Assembly (NCBI GenBank): GCA_977017575.1 | Contig: CDRNVI010000063.1 | Span: 62,001-126,000, forward strand | Source: Paramoeba atlantica | Taxonomy: Eukaryota > Protista > Discosea | Length of the DNA: 64,000 bases | Direction: 5' to 3' | Shown here: piece after piece, positions 1-11,370 of the stretch | Numbering within the stretch: the first letter of the stretch is position 1 | How the letters are laid out: each line of letters begins with the position of its first letter | Notes under the pieces: model-generated | Database searches by the model: none | What the model saw: the letters and a program-made list of their open reading frames with translations, nothing else | What the model was told of the DNA's origin: nothing | Position numbers and translations under genes: made by a program

Positions 1-68
1 TGGGATAATAAATTATACTATTTCAAAATTAATATTTGGAATAAAATACGCATGCTTTCATGCTCATA

Positions 69-779
69 CTAAAAATTAGCATGATAGGGATTTACGTCGT
101 TATAAATCTCAACGCATTTAGGCCTACTACTGTAGAATAGAGTATTTCTACTCAAGCTCAAGACACTAAGGCTCCGTGGAAGCATAGAAAAGTTGACTCT
201 ACCAGAAAAGAAATTGTATGCTAGCCAAGCGTACTCAATATTTGGAGGAAGTTGCGTAAGATCAATGATCCCATCAAACCGATTGTGTTCTATGTTGAGA
301 CCGTACAGTTTTGGGGGCAGCCGAGTAAAATCCAGTGCTCCAAAGAAATCCCCTCTAAGATCAGACTCAACAGAAAACTCTTTTAACTCATGCGGGAGTA
401 CAGAAAAATCAATCATGTCCTGGAGTCGATTGTCTCGCAATTTTCCTCGACGGATACCTTTGCCAATATATAGTTTGACGGTTGAGAGCGGAAGATGGGA
501 CCAATCAACCCGACCCCTTAGTTCGAAGCCACCCCAAAGTATTTCAAATCCTGCGTCTGTAGTCTGCACTCCGACCCATTCCTTAATAGATTTGTTTGCC
601 TTCCACGTAGGATGAGGGTTTTGAACGAAGCGGACGAAACGTGAAAGTTCAACCTCAGGAGGAAGATATTGCCCTCGTACCTTCCCCGCTCTGGAAGTAG
701 AAGTGTCGGCTGCACCTAACATCGTACGGAAGCCAATTATATTCGAGTCACCAGAAAAAGCCATTACGGATAACGTCAT
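69..779 (-). CDS. Leucine-rich repeat protein, dispersed family member 1
   Basis: N-terminal family motif RAGKVRGQYLPPEVELSRF..NPHPTW..W.GV followed by LDFTRLPPKLYGLNIEHNRFDG-type repeats. Confidence 0.75.
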   Translation of the reverse strand: MTLSVMAFSGDSNIIGFRTMLGAADTSTSRAGKVRGQYLPPEVELSRFVRFVQNPHPTWKANKSIKEWVGVQTTDAGFEILWGGFELRGRVDWSHLPLSTVKLYIGKGIRRGKLRDNRLQDMIDFSVLPHELKEFSVESDLRGDFFGALDFTRLPPKLYGLNIEHNRFDGIIDLTQLPPNIEYAWLAYNFFSGRVNFSMLPRSLSVLSLSRNTLFYSSRPKCVEIYNDVNPYHANF

Positions 780-834
780 TAGGGACTGAAAAGTATAATA
801 TAATATAAAATATAATATAATTTCTTTAATATTT

Positions 835-1163
835 TTTTTATGAAAAAATCCGAACTTGGCGGACCCGTCCTGCGGATATGCGGGGGGGTCACCCCCGGGT
901 AGGGGAGTGAAAAATGCGCGCCAAGACCCCGGCTACCGCTTCTGCGGTTTTTTTTCGAAAAATATTTTTTTCAAAAAACATTTCGTGCGGTATGCCCCCC
1001 CTTAGACCCCCCCCATGGACCCCCCATTTTTTTCAATTCTTTTTTTCAATTTTGGACCACCGGAGCCCCCTTTTATATTTTTTTCTTCTATCATATTACT
1101 GTGTTTCTCTTATTTTTTTGTCAAAAATCGAGGGTAGAGCGGTAGTTATACAACCACCGCAAT
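835..1163 (+). mobile_element. Hairpin-ended non-coding element, copy A (5'-truncated)
   Basis: Ends in TCGAGGGTAGAGCGGTAGTTATACAACCACCGCAAT; interior matches the copies at 31140-32020 and 55525-56425. Confidence 0.75.
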
Positions 1164-1694
1164 ACCATTGTTAGTAATAGGTGATTGTTAATAATAGATG
1201 AACCCCCTCTTTATGTACATGTACTTTTATATCGTTTTTTAAAAGTTATCATCAAAAGTCCCCAACATGTATCTTATTGATATAAGCCCTCTTTTGTATG
1301 TAACGCGTACATTACTATAAGCAGTCCAAACGAGATATCTCGTATGGGGCACACTTGCTCTCCCCAGGAGAGGCAAACAAATCACCTCCGCCTAGGCATC
1401 GGAGTGCGTGAACTCCGAGCGGTACTCGCTACCGGTAAACGAGCAGAGGGACTTTCCTCGGAGTGCGTGTGAAACTTAAAAATAAGCTTCAGAGACATCA
1501 ACACCTGAAGAAAGTTGTTTCGTCTCGTTGCCTCACTCCGTGCACGTACAAGATAACTTTGACGGGTAACTTTAAGTCGAGCGCACGGAAACAAATTCCG
1601 AGCTCAACTGATGTAATCATGTAGATAAGAATGTGACAAGAATATGACACACGTATTAAATAATATTTAATCACCCTCTATTTACTATTTAGTA

Positions 1695-1821
1695 CCTTGT
1701 CTCCCTATTTAGTGTTTTTTCTGCTTCGTAGACATTGACGAAACTGCGCCAATTTTTTTCCCTCCCCTACTTAGTGTTGGATTTTGCCCAATTCTACCAA
1801 ACACTAAATAGGGGGGGACGG
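1695..1821. mobile_element. Degenerate CCGT-ended MITE (pogo-like)
   Basis: TA on both sides; inverted CCCTATTTAGTGTTT in both ends; right end reads CCGTCCCCCCCTATTTAG on the minus strand. Confidence 0.4.
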
Positions 1822-2481
1822 TATATAAAAATTTTTCTCTCGACCGAATATTGCGTTGCTGGCTAAAGCCATCTATTACGATGTAAAGAATTTAAGATAC
1901 TGGCGAGGTAGGAGAGAAATAAAGCAAGAAACTCATTGCTTTTTACCGTTAGTTTTTATCATTAGTTTTTTTAGGAATAAATTTCAGTCGTTTTTTGATT
2001 TGATTTGATTTTCACACCTGTCATTCAAATTCGAATGACAACTATTAAGTTCGGACTTTTGGAAGGGGTCAGTATTTAGGTTCAAAATTACTGAGAAAAA
2101 GTTCAAAAATCATTTTTTTGATATTATTTTGTGTGCTAAAATGGGCTAAAAAGCGGGAACGTACAGATATCAAAATTTTAAACGAAAAAGTGGCAGCCTG
2201 CCATATAAAGTGATAACCTGTCATGTTCTCTCGTGTAAAAAATAAGGGAGGGGTCGCTTATTTGTGAGCGGGTTTTTTACTTATTCCTCTTATTTTTTCA
2301 GTAATCGAGGGTAGAGCGGTAGTTATTGCGGGGGTTGTTTCCGACCTCTGCCTCTCCCTTTTTTATGGTGTCCGGGGTAGGATGTCTCCAGAAGGGTGAG
2401 AAAAGGGGTTCAGCCCCCCTATCCTCGATTTGGGCACAAATCTCGGCGCTTAAAAACATAGGTCGCGGGACTCGAACCCGG

Positions 2482-2552
2482 GTAGTCCAGCTGGTATGGT
2501 ATGCCGTTCATAATCTGGTGGTCACAGGTTTAACTCCCGGCGGTCACATTTT
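2482..2552 (+). pseudogene. tRNA-Met-derived sequence (A-box, CAT anticodon loop, decayed B-box, TTTT)
   Basis: GTAGTCCAGCTGGT A-box, TCATAATCTGG resembling the elongator Met anticodon arm, GGTTTAACTCC; stems do not pair fully. An opposite-strand B-box (GGGTTCGAGTCC) lies at about 2468-2481. Confidence 0.5.
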
Positions 2553-2755
2553 CGGCCATGCGCGACGTCGTTAGTGGGAAGCAATTTGCAAAGCTGGAGG
2601 GAGGGATTGGGGGAATGGCGCGGGCCCGCGTGAGCGGTCCTGAGCCTTACGCGGTGTCGTTAGTAGGAAGCAATTTGCGAAGCCCCGTTTATCAACAACC
2701 ACCGCTTTTTAGCTACCACACCGACACTACCGCAATAAAGGTGTGTATTATTTTT

Positions 2756-3468
2756 TAGGCTCTTCGTTAGACGCGGTGGTTGTTTTCAAATTAGAAGTCA
2801 CTCATGCTGCGCGCTTCGCGAAGAAAACTACCTCCGCGTTTAACGAAGAGCCTAAAAAAGAAAAATCGCCAAAAGATCATGAATAATCTATTTTTTTGGG
2901 TAAAAAAGCTCGATTTTTCGGCGAAAATTGCGAAACTTTAACTCGATTTTGGGCCATTTTTGCTGCCTTACAAGTAGGGGCAGGAGTCGAATCTGACGAA
3001 AAAACGCCGTGGAATGGTAGCTGTGGTCTCAAACTCTTAAAATACGTTTTAGGAGTCGATTTTGGAAAAATAATATTTTTACTTTTTTTTGAGTCAAATT
3101 TTTTTTTGTGTCACCCCCAAAAATTCAGAATTTTTGACCTTGTCGGACCCCTCCCGCGCGTACCAGGGGGGTACCCCCAGGTGTGGGGGGGTGGAAAATT
3201 ATCGCCGCGGCCTACTCTACCCCTTCCCTGCGCTCGATTTTGAAAAGCAAAAAATTATTGAAAAATTTCTTGACGTATGCCCCCCCTGGACCCCTCCCTA
3301 GACCCCCCATTTTTTTCATTTATTTTTTTCAGTTTTGGACCACCGGAGCCCCCTTTTATATTTTTTTCTTCTATTATATTACTGTGTTCCTCTTTATATT
3401 TTCCCTGTTTTCGTTCACTTTTTTTTCAATAATCGAGGGTAGAGCGGTAGTTATACAACCACCGCAAT
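2756..3468 (+). mobile_element. Hairpin-ended non-coding element, copy B (full length, interior type 1)
   Basis: Hairpin 2756-2854 (TAGGCTCTTCGTT..GCGGTGGTTG / loop / ..CCGCGTTTAACGAAGAGCCTA) and conserved 3' end CAACCACCGCAAT. Confidence 0.8.
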
Positions 3469-3604
3469 ATAGTTTATACCTGTTGTAGTGTAAACTTTGT
3501 ACCGTGACGATGTAATCATTCAGTTCCATATCAGATGCAACAATGTTATTCTATTTGTCCCATCGGACGCACTGTCGCACGTGGCGTAAAATAGAACGGA
3601 ACTT

Positions 3605-4807
3605 CTAGACAGCGTCGTCAGATGGCTTAGGGTCAGCAAAATGTGATAAACGCGCGATCCAGCGTTGATATTCCTCGTTTTCATAAAAATAACTAGCTTG
3701 TGCAATGTATTCACCCAGACTCTCCGTAATGCCAAGCTCTCCAAAGTAGTCTGTAAACTGCTTCAAAAACTCAGAGTTCAGACTGTTGTCGGCGAATCGG
3801 GGGCCAGGGTAGAACTCCTCCACAGTTTCTTTCAGACGTACAAAACTTTGCAACAGGTTCTCTCGAGGGGGGTGACTTAACACGTGCTTCGTGATCGCGC
3901 GCAACCTTTCCTCAAACGATGGCATCCGAGTTTGAGTCTGTTTCTTTCTTCCCGAGGCACTGGAGGAAGCACTTTCACACGTCGGATGCAGAATATTTTC
4001 AAAAACATGCTCCGGGGCTATTTCAGGCGCCATTCCTCCCCGAAATTGCGTGCGTGGAACGATCGCAACTTTGTTAATCACCACTTTACAGTTCGCATAG
4101 GCCAGCGAGCACCACAGCTCACGGTGTTTATCCTCTCGAAACACACGCAACGTGAAGGGAAGGTACTCACACGTGTTGAGGTGAGGTGCCGACAGCGAGG
4201 GGTCCTTCATTTCAAAATGAGCTAAAATTGTGAGTTGGACCGTAACATCCCCTGCGGTCTCATCGGAGACTCCCGTCTTTGATGAGTTCGTACCCTTCTT
4301 CTCCTTATCCATAGGTTTAATCCCAAACGGGTGAAGCACACGCTCCCCGATCTTCGTCTCCGAGCGTCGAAGGTGACGAACCGGCATTTCGTTGCTATCG
4401 ACGAATGGGGATGCCGGACTCAGGTCTCGTGGACGTACGGCCGCACCCAGGGGCTGGGCCCGGGGTACTTGCCGACTCGATCGCAGCAGGAGAGCGTTAC
4501 GCGTGGGGGCGTGAGTGACGACCCACCCCGCGGGGACCAGCGGGGGGACACCCGCTGCCTCCTCCGCCTCCTCCCCGCGTAACTCCTGTCGGAGCTCCTC
4601 ACGCAGTCCCTGGGCGAGTACGCGGTGGGCGAGGGTGCGGCGGGAGAGGGAGTAGACGGGGGCAGGATAGGGCGGGAAGGTATGACGTCCGGAGAAGCCG
4701 TGGGAGGGGAGTAGAAGGAAAGCATTGCCCACAACCCGTGGGGTAGTAAGGGGGGACATGGAGGGAGATGTGCTTGGGAGTACTGCGCGACCTTGATACA
4801 GTCTCAT
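3605..4807 (-). CDS. Mitochondrial acidic glycoprotein, MAM33/p22/C1QBP family
   Basis: C-terminal YPGPRF..LNSEFLKQFTDYFGELGITESLGEYI...ENEEYQRWI matches the MAM33 signature; start set at the ATG of MRLYQG. Confidence 0.75.
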   Translation of the reverse strand: MRLYQGRAVLPSTSPSMSPLTTPRVVGNAFLLLPSHGFSGRHTFPPYPAPVYSLSRRTLAHRVLAQGLREELRQELRGEEAEEAAGVPPLVPAGWVVTHAPTRNALLLRSSRQVPRAQPLGAAVRPRDLSPASPFVDSNEMPVRHLRRSETKIGERVLHPFGIKPMDKEKKGTNSSKTGVSDETAGDVTVQLTILAHFEMKDPSLSAPHLNTCEYLPFTLRVFREDKHRELWCSLAYANCKVVINKVAIVPRTQFRGGMAPEIAPEHVFENILHPTCESASSSASGRKKQTQTRMPSFEERLRAITKHVLSHPPRENLLQSFVRLKETVEEFYPGPRFADNSLNSEFLKQFTDYFGELGITESLGEYIAQASYFYENEEYQRWIARLSHFADPKPSDDAV

Positions 4808-5629
4808 GGGGGTGCAGGTCTGAATTGAGGTGTACAAGTAAATACGTAGGATACAAGCCTGAAAAATAAGTAAGTAAAGTACTACGCCCCCTCTCATGAA
4901 TTTTTATGAATGTGAATTGTAGAAAAAAGCAACCCATGGCCCTTGCCGAAGTGGGGACTGAGCTTTTTAAAGGCATTCAGGGAAAAAGTGCTTCAATATT
5001 TAAAAGGGCATGGATCAGAAGAAAAATGTAAAATTCAGCAAAAATATACATCTCTGAAAGAAAAATGCGAGGGGGCATTCATAAAAATTAAAGGGGGGAG
5101 TAGTTGATTTGACATGTCAAACTCTTGGATCATCAAGTCTCCGGAGCAATTAGCAATACCCCAAAGAATCAGAATACAAAGAAATTGATTCACTAGCACT
5201 TGAAATGCCAGTGCTTTCTCTTTCCTCTTTTTGGTTGTTCCCTTGTCTTTGTTTTTAACACTCTGTTTCCTGTCTGGTATGCTTCTGTGATTTCGCAAAT
5301 CTGTTTGTTCCGGACTCATCCTTTCATATTCCGAATTGTTTTCCTAATGTCTTTTTTAGTGCTACTTCGAGAAGAGCAACAAACGCCTGACGTATATCTT
5401 CCAAACAAATGGAACTTGTTTGCTCGAGAAGCAAACGATCTCTGGTCAGTCCCGATTCAATACGTTTCTCGAGCCGATTCTTCGCTTTAAAAGTGTCAGT
5501 AATAGACGTTCGAATCACTCTTTGAGTAAGTTTTATTTCTTGTATGAATACAGAAACCGGAGACCTTGGCGGAAAATCCGGCTCTCGGACAGCGCTACTC
5601 GAGGCGTGCCTTGACCGTTTAGAAAGTGA

Positions 5630-7261
5630 TTACCAGCATTCTTCTTTTTCAACCTCCTCTGCCAAGATGGAAGTGGACGCTTCCTGGGCATGTACTATTC
5701 CCGCATCTCGAAGTACGACATTCCAATCTATTGCACCCTCTTTCAGACGCGCAACAGCAATGTACAACTGATCACGAATTTTACAAACCTGCTCCCCTAA
5801 CCCTTTATCCTCTACAAAATCATCCACCCCCACGTGGCTACCACAAAACGGACACGCAAGCCGTGCACCCTCCATACACCTGTGCTCCAAACAACCCGTA
5901 CAACACATTTCCCGGACACAACAACCCGTCGCTAACGGTTCCCGCAACAAACCACCACAAAGTCGACAACCCAACGGCTCCGGGACCTTCTCGTCACCCA
6001 CGCTATCTTCGTGAGGGTTCGCCTCGCCTTGCTTATATTTTGCATTGATCACCTCCCCGACCAACGCCCCCGTCTCCACCCTTCGCCGCGCCAGGCGACC
6101 TGTGGTGGTACGAAACAATCTCTCCCCCCCCACCGCAGCCTCCCCCTCCGGAACCACCTCCAGTGCTGAGGAGGAGATCCCGATGGGAGGCAGTAAACGA
6201 CGAGCCACAACAGGAGAAACGACAGCAGCAGCAGCAGCAGAAGGGGAAGAACCAACAGGAGAAGAAGCAGGAAAGGGCATCCCCCTCCCCCTCCCCCTCC
6301 AAGCTGGAGACAACCCCCCATGTTGTGCTCCCCCCCCTTCTGCTGCTGCTGCTGTCCTCCCCGTCGTAGGCCCCCCCCGTTGCTGTGATCCCTGATCCTG
6401 GGAAGGGGTCGTTGTGCCTTTTGTTGGATTCAGCATGGTCCGCATGGGACAATGCTGAATCCAGTGACCTGGACGACCGCATTGGTCACAGAGGTACCCC
6501 TTAGGGGGAGGGAGGGGAAGAGGAGCAGAGGGTAGGGAAGAAGATAATGAAGAAGAAGAAGAAGAAGAAGAGCCCATCAATGGACCCACCGCTCCACGAG
6601 ATCCCCGGGAGGCTACTGTGGAAGGCAGGGGGGGTCGTTTTCGTGGGCCTTGGAATGTCAAAGGATCTCTGCTTTTGTTTAATGATAAAAGAGAGCCCTT
6701 TTCTTCTCGATGGGTAGAAGAGGAAGAGAAAGAAGAAGAGATCGAGGGAAAAGAGGTCTCGTTGGCAATGTGTTGCCGTAACGCGGAGAGTCTCTCCTGT
6801 TCTGTGGAGTGGGGGAGGGAGAGGGTTTGGTGGAAGATATCACCGTGGGAGGGGGCGGGGCGGGGGTCTGTGGTTGTGGGCTCTGCGGAGGTGACATAGG
6901 AAAGTGTGGAGGGGTCGGGGACGGAGGACCCGGTGGGATGAGGGGGTAGACCAATAGGGTGGGATCCGGGGGGTGGGTGACCCATGGGGTGGGAGAAGAA
7001 AGAGGAAGAGGAGGGGACTGCGGAGGTCCAATTTCGTGGGGGACGACGGCCGTGGCGTGGGGTACGGGTAGCTGTGACGGCGGTACCGGGGAGGAGGCGT
7101 TGTCTCTCTCGCACGGGGGTGTCGCCGAGGACCAGGTCGACGAAGTCGGTGGTACCGACGGCGGAGGCAATGAGGTATTGTGCTTTTTCCGCACTCACGG
7201 AGGTGCCTTCAAATTCGACCCTCCCGGCCTTCGATTGAAATTGGTAGAAGAGATAGGGCAT
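5630..7261 (-). CDS. MPE1: RBBP6/Mpe1-like protein (DWNN, zinc knuckle, RING)
   Basis: N-terminal MPYLFYQFQSK ubiquitin-like DWNN, PPKGYLCDQCGRPGHWIQHCP knuckle, C-terminal CRLC..CC...C..C..CPFC RING. Confidence 0.8.
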   Translation of the reverse strand: MPYLFYQFQSKAGRVEFEGTSVSAEKAQYLIASAVGTTDFVDLVLGDTPVRERQRLLPGTAVTATRTPRHGRRPPRNWTSAVPSSSSFFSHPMGHPPPGSHPIGLPPHPTGSSVPDPSTLSYVTSAEPTTTDPRPAPSHGDIFHQTLSLPHSTEQERLSALRQHIANETSFPSISSSFSSSSTHREEKGSLLSLNKSRDPLTFQGPRKRPPLPSTVASRGSRGAVGPLMGSSSSSSSSLSSSLPSAPLPLPPPKGYLCDQCGRPGHWIQHCPMRTMLNPTKGTTTPSQDQGSQQRGGPTTGRTAAAAEGGGAQHGGLSPAWRGRGRGMPFPASSPVGSSPSAAAAAVVSPVVARRLLPPIGISSSALEVVPEGEAAVGGERLFRTTTGRLARRRVETGALVGEVINAKYKQGEANPHEDSVGDEKVPEPLGCRLCGGLLREPLATGCCVREMCCTGCLEHRCMEGARLACPFCGSHVGVDDFVEDKGLGEQVCKIRDQLYIAVARLKEGAIDWNVVLRDAGIVHAQEASTSILAEEVEKEECW

Positions 7262-7520
7262 GTAAATTGGGGTGAAGAAAAACGAAGTGTGGAAAAATAG
7301 ATTTTCTTCAAGAGTGAAAGTAAAAGTGGGAGATGACGTCTTGACTGATTTGATGATAATAGACGTAAGAGGAGAGCCAGTAATATTTGAAATACAAATT
7401 TCAATACATGATCCTTTACACAAATCTACATTACTTCTTGATGGCGTTAGAGAAACGCAATCTATGACTATTTTTACAATAATCAAAAAGGAATCCAATT
7501 TTTATAAGGGGCTCCGTGCC

Positions 7521-10500
7521 CTACGCATTTACCTTACGCATAACCTCACTGAAGCCCTGTGCGTTTCGAATTTCAAAAATGACGTTCGCGTTCGCAAACA
7601 TCCCATCCTTAAGCGAAACCAGAAGAAACTGAGCGTCACGGAAATGGCGTTGAAGCATCTTGCCAATATTCTGCGTGTGACTCGGGTCCAGTGCCGCATC
7701 TACTTCATCCAGAATATACACAGGAGCGGGACGAAACCGGAGAATCGCTAAAATTAAACACAGCGCCAGCAGACTTCGCTGACCCCCAGAGAGCTCTGTG
7801 AGGGTTTCCTTCTCCTTTCCCTGAAACGCGACCCGAACCTCCAATCCCGTGAGACGACCTTGTATTCCCCCTTCTTTGGGCTCTGTCGCATCTCCATCTC
7901 CTGCAGTAGAGACACCTGGCTCCGAGTTTGACCCCTTGTCTGTCCGAGCCCTCGTCGAAACCTTTGCCCCCTCACTTGCTTCCCGTTGCTGCACCAGGCG
8001 ACACGAGGCCCCGGGGAGACACGCCGCAAACAACTTACTAAACCCCGAGCTGACCTTGTCCACCATCACATCTAAACTCCTCCATTTTTTAGCCTCGACC
8101 GCACGGATCGTGCGTAGTATAATGCGCTTATCTGCGACCAGCGCATCCCGGCGCCGGACTAAGTCGTTGTACTCTTTTCGAGACTGCTCTAACACAGCGG
8201 TGACTTTTTTGTTTACTCGGCGACTCATGTGTTCCAGTTTGTGCTCCTCCTCCGCGAGCGTCTCAAGGGTCTTTGCGGTGCGATTTTCGTCGATAAAGTA
8301 GAACGGGGTCGTGGTGTCACCGAAATGGACTTTCTCAGACTCTATCCAGGGATGGTGAGTGCGTAGCTCTGTGTTTTGTGATTTAGCGGACTCCACGGTC
8401 TTTGCCATGGTCTTCATTTCGTGCTCCAACGTCGTCATGGCACGACGGGCGGTGTGCTCCTCTTCCTGGGTTTGCTGTAGGGTTTGAGTGATTTCTTGGT
8501 GTTTCGTTTCCACGAGCCGCAGTCGCTCCTCCTCGGCCTGTAGCTGACTCTCGGTCTGAGCAATCTGGGTGCGGAGTGTGTCGTGTTCCCTTTGTTTGGT
8601 CGTGGTTTCATCCTCCAACGCGGTGGCCTCCTGGGACAGCTCATTTCGCTGACGGCTCACCTCCTCCTGCCGCGCGTCCTGTGCGGCTTTCTGGGCTTGC
8701 AACGTCTCATACCCGGTTTGTCCCTTCTCCAGCTCTCGCTGCACCTCCTTACGCCGGTCTTGGGCGGCCGCAAGCTTCTCCGCATACTCTCGCTCCGCGC
8801 GTTTGGTGTCAATCCCACGCTGTAACTTCTCCTTCACCCCCACCAACGCGGATTTCACCTCCCCCAGCTTCTCCGTGTTCTCCTGCACCCCCCTCCCCGC
8901 CTCCTCCTGCTGTTTGCGTATCTCCACCCCTCTCGAGCTCTCCCCTTTCGCGGACCCCGCCAACCCGCTCACCTGTGCCTCCAGCGCCCTATGCTGCCCC
9001 ACCGCCTCCTCCCACCGCATTCGACTCCCCTCTGCCTTTCCCATCCTCTGCTCCACCCCTTTTCGGGTCTCCGCAATGCGCCGCAGCTCATTTTCCACAT
9101 TCGCATATTTCTGCAGCTCTGGGATAGCCGCGGCGAATTCCCCCATCACATCCCGCAGCCCCGCGGCGCTCCCCCCACTGAGAATCCCACTGGGCTCCGC
9201 CACATCCCCATGGAGGGTCACCGCGCGTGCCTTTGCGGGACCAAACGCAATCGCACGCGCCACCTCCATCGAGGAACACACAAAGAACCGACCAAACACA
9301 AAGGAGGCGACGCGAGAGAGTTCACAGGCGAACGCACTTTGGGAAGTAAAGCTTTGAGAATTTGAGCCCAGAACGCTTTCCGGACTTTGCTGCAGCAAAT
9401 CACTCGCGAGTTTCGCCCACCCCTTGGCCTCCACGGCGGCGTCATAGGCGAGTTGCTGCCGGGTGACATCGATGGAAGGGGTTTGGAGTTTGTCAAGGAC
9501 GAGATAGGTGGTACGCTCCGGGGTGGCTTTTGTGGAGATTAGCAGTTGTGCGATCTCGCCGGTGCGGACGACCACTTTACGGAGATGGTCTTTGGCCCCG
9601 GCGGAGAGGGCGAGACTGTGCTGTTTGGGGTTACGGGGGCGGAAAAGGGTACCGACACGACCGTAGATGTGGTGGCGCACCCCGGCAGCGTTGTCCGTGT
9701 CTGGGGGGAGGTCGTAGGGGAAGGCAAACCCCCGGATTCCGTGGGCGAGTTTCTCGCGCGCGGTGCGGAGTTGTTGGAGCTCGTTGTCGAGTGTGGTGAG
9801 GGCGGAGGGATCCGCACCACCGCTTTGTTTTTTGTAGGCGAATTCGGCATCGGCGACGGCTTGTTTGGAGGTTTCGAGCTGTCGGGTGAGGGAGAGGTGC
9901 TCGTCATGGCTTGCATTTTGGCGGGTTTCAAAGGTTTTGAGTTCTTCCGCGAGACGTTGCTGTGTGTGTCGGAGTCGAGAGAGAGTGGAATTGAGTTGTA
10001 GAATTTCTTTCTCAAGAAAATCACTTTCTTCCAAAAGAGTCATGCCCCGTTCCCCGACCTGAATGCCACTGCGTGCCATTTGAAGTGAGGCCCGCAGGTC
10101 TTCGCATCTTTTTTCAAGTTCTGCTTTCTCAGCACGCAGCTTTTCGAACGATGATAAGACTCGATCGTTTTCCTGAGCAGAAAGAGCAGCAGACGCCTCC
10201 AATTTTCCCAGTTCCGTCTCCAGTTTTCGCACCGCGTCGTGAAGCTTGTTCCGTTGTTTATTTAGAAGAGATATTTCACCTTTCACTTTATGTTGCTGGT
10301 GAGAGGCCTGTCGCAACGTTTCTTTATACTCAGACCAGACAGTATTAGATTGGCGTTGAATCTCGCTCTCTTGAAGTTCATGCTGCAGTTTTGCAAGTCG
10401 GGCAGGGACGGTAGAAAGAAGCGATCTTTGATCTTCTACCTCATTCCGACACTGTATTAACCTGGCTGCACTGTTCTCAATTGTGTGGGCATTTTTCCAA

Positions 10501-11222
10501 TACATGTACCCCGCTTTGAACTTGCGCTTTACCTCCAGACTGGCGCTAATTTGCAGGTAAGAATCATACAAACTCTGTTCATTTCCCATGTTCTCCAGCA
10601 ACGTGGCAATGTCCCCCTCAAGAGTTTGATTGATTTCTTGAAGTTTTCTTTCTTTGCTCTGAATTAGATGTTCCGCAACACGCCGCCGGGCATCGAACAT
10701 TCTTGTTCCTGCGGCTTCTTCTATCCAACTTAGCACTTCACTTGGTTTCATGTTGAGCAGTTTATGCACTGTCCCCTGCATGACTAAGAAATGGGGATTA
10801 TCTACGTTCATTGAAACGCTGTGAAAAAATGCCTTGATCGTGCTTTGCTGCGCAACACGGCCATTGAGAAAAAACTTTTGCTTTCCTCCCGTCATGACTT
10901 GTCGAGCGACAGATATTTGAGGGAATTCGGTGGGTGGGTAAGCTGGAGGTGCTGTCTCTTGATCATCATTGGTAAATTCCAGCGTCACACTCGCGCGCTG
11001 TATTCCCGCGTTACCGTTTTTGTAAATCAAATCACGTGTGTCTTCTGCACGCACCTTTTTAAGATTCGTAATTCCCATGACAAAACATATCGCATCAAAC
11101 ACATTACTCTTTCCGCTGCCGTTCAAGCCGGTGATCGCGTTAAAATGAGGATCTAGATTGCTTAGTTCCTGGCGGTGCGCATAACTTTTGAAACCGTCAA
11201 GTACGATCGTTTTGAGTTTCAT
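7521..11222 (-). CDS. SMC2: Condensin subunit SMC2
   Basis: LDGFKSY, FNAITGLNGSGKSN Walker A, hinge, LSGGQRSLLAL signature, YILDEVDAALD Walker B. Confidence 0.95.
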   Translation of the reverse strand: MKLKTIVLDGFKSYAHRQELSNLDPHFNAITGLNGSGKSNVFDAICFVMGITNLKKVRAEDTRDLIYKNGNAGIQRASVTLEFTNDDQETAPPAYPPTEFPQISVARQVMTGGKQKFFLNGRVAQQSTIKAFFHSVSMNVDNPHFLVMQGTVHKLLNMKPSEVLSWIEEAAGTRMFDARRRVAEHLIQSKERKLQEINQTLEGDIATLLENMGNEQSLYDSYLQISASLEVKRKFKAGYMYWKNAHTIENSAARLIQCRNEVEDQRSLLSTVPARLAKLQHELQESEIQRQSNTVWSEYKETLRQASHQQHKVKGEISLLNKQRNKLHDAVRKLETELGKLEASAALSAQENDRVLSSFEKLRAEKAELEKRCEDLRASLQMARSGIQVGERGMTLLEESDFLEKEILQLNSTLSRLRHTQQRLAEELKTFETRQNASHDEHLSLTRQLETSKQAVADAEFAYKKQSGGADPSALTTLDNELQQLRTAREKLAHGIRGFAFPYDLPPDTDNAAGVRHHIYGRVGTLFRPRNPKQHSLALSAGAKDHLRKVVVRTGEIAQLLISTKATPERTTYLVLDKLQTPSIDVTRQQLAYDAAVEAKGWAKLASDLLQQSPESVLGSNSQSFTSQSAFACELSRVASFVFGRFFVCSSMEVARAIAFGPAKARAVTLHGDVAEPSGILSGGSAAGLRDVMGEFAAAIPELQKYANVENELRRIAETRKGVEQRMGKAEGSRMRWEEAVGQHRALEAQVSGLAGSAKGESSRGVEIRKQQEEAGRGVQENTEKLGEVKSALVGVKEKLQRGIDTKRAEREYAEKLAAAQDRRKEVQRELEKGQTGYETLQAQKAAQDARQEEVSRQRNELSQEATALEDETTTKQREHDTLRTQIAQTESQLQAEEERLRLVETKHQEITQTLQQTQEEEHTARRAMTTLEHEMKTMAKTVESAKSQNTELRTHHPWIESEKVHFGDTTTPFYFIDENRTAKTLETLAEEEHKLEHMSRRVNKKVTAVLEQSRKEYNDLVRRRDALVADKRIILRTIRAVEAKKWRSLDVMVDKVSSGFSKLFAACLPGASCRLVQQREASEGAKVSTRARTDKGSNSEPGVSTAGDGDATEPKEGGIQGRLTGLEVRVAFQGKEKETLTELSGGQRSLLALCLILAILRFRPAPVYILDEVDAALDPSHTQNIGKMLQRHFRDAQFLLVSLKDGMFANANVIFEIRNAQGFSEVMRKVNA

Positions 11223-11370
11223 AAACTAAACAAAAGGACAAAAATATTGAAAAGCGGAAAAGCATTCGGAAGGTGTTTTCAAATTAGTATTTCGAAATAG
11301 AGAATTCGAAATAGTACATGGCATCTTAATGCCGGATATGGATAAAAATAGCTATAAAAATTCATAATAG

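Noticed and set aside
5035-5518. Two short minus-strand ORFs that could join by a frameshift; the second has a faint helix-hairpin-helix look (ERCC4/EME1-like)
   Set aside because: No convincing catalytic motif; the similarity is too weak to call without an HMM search.
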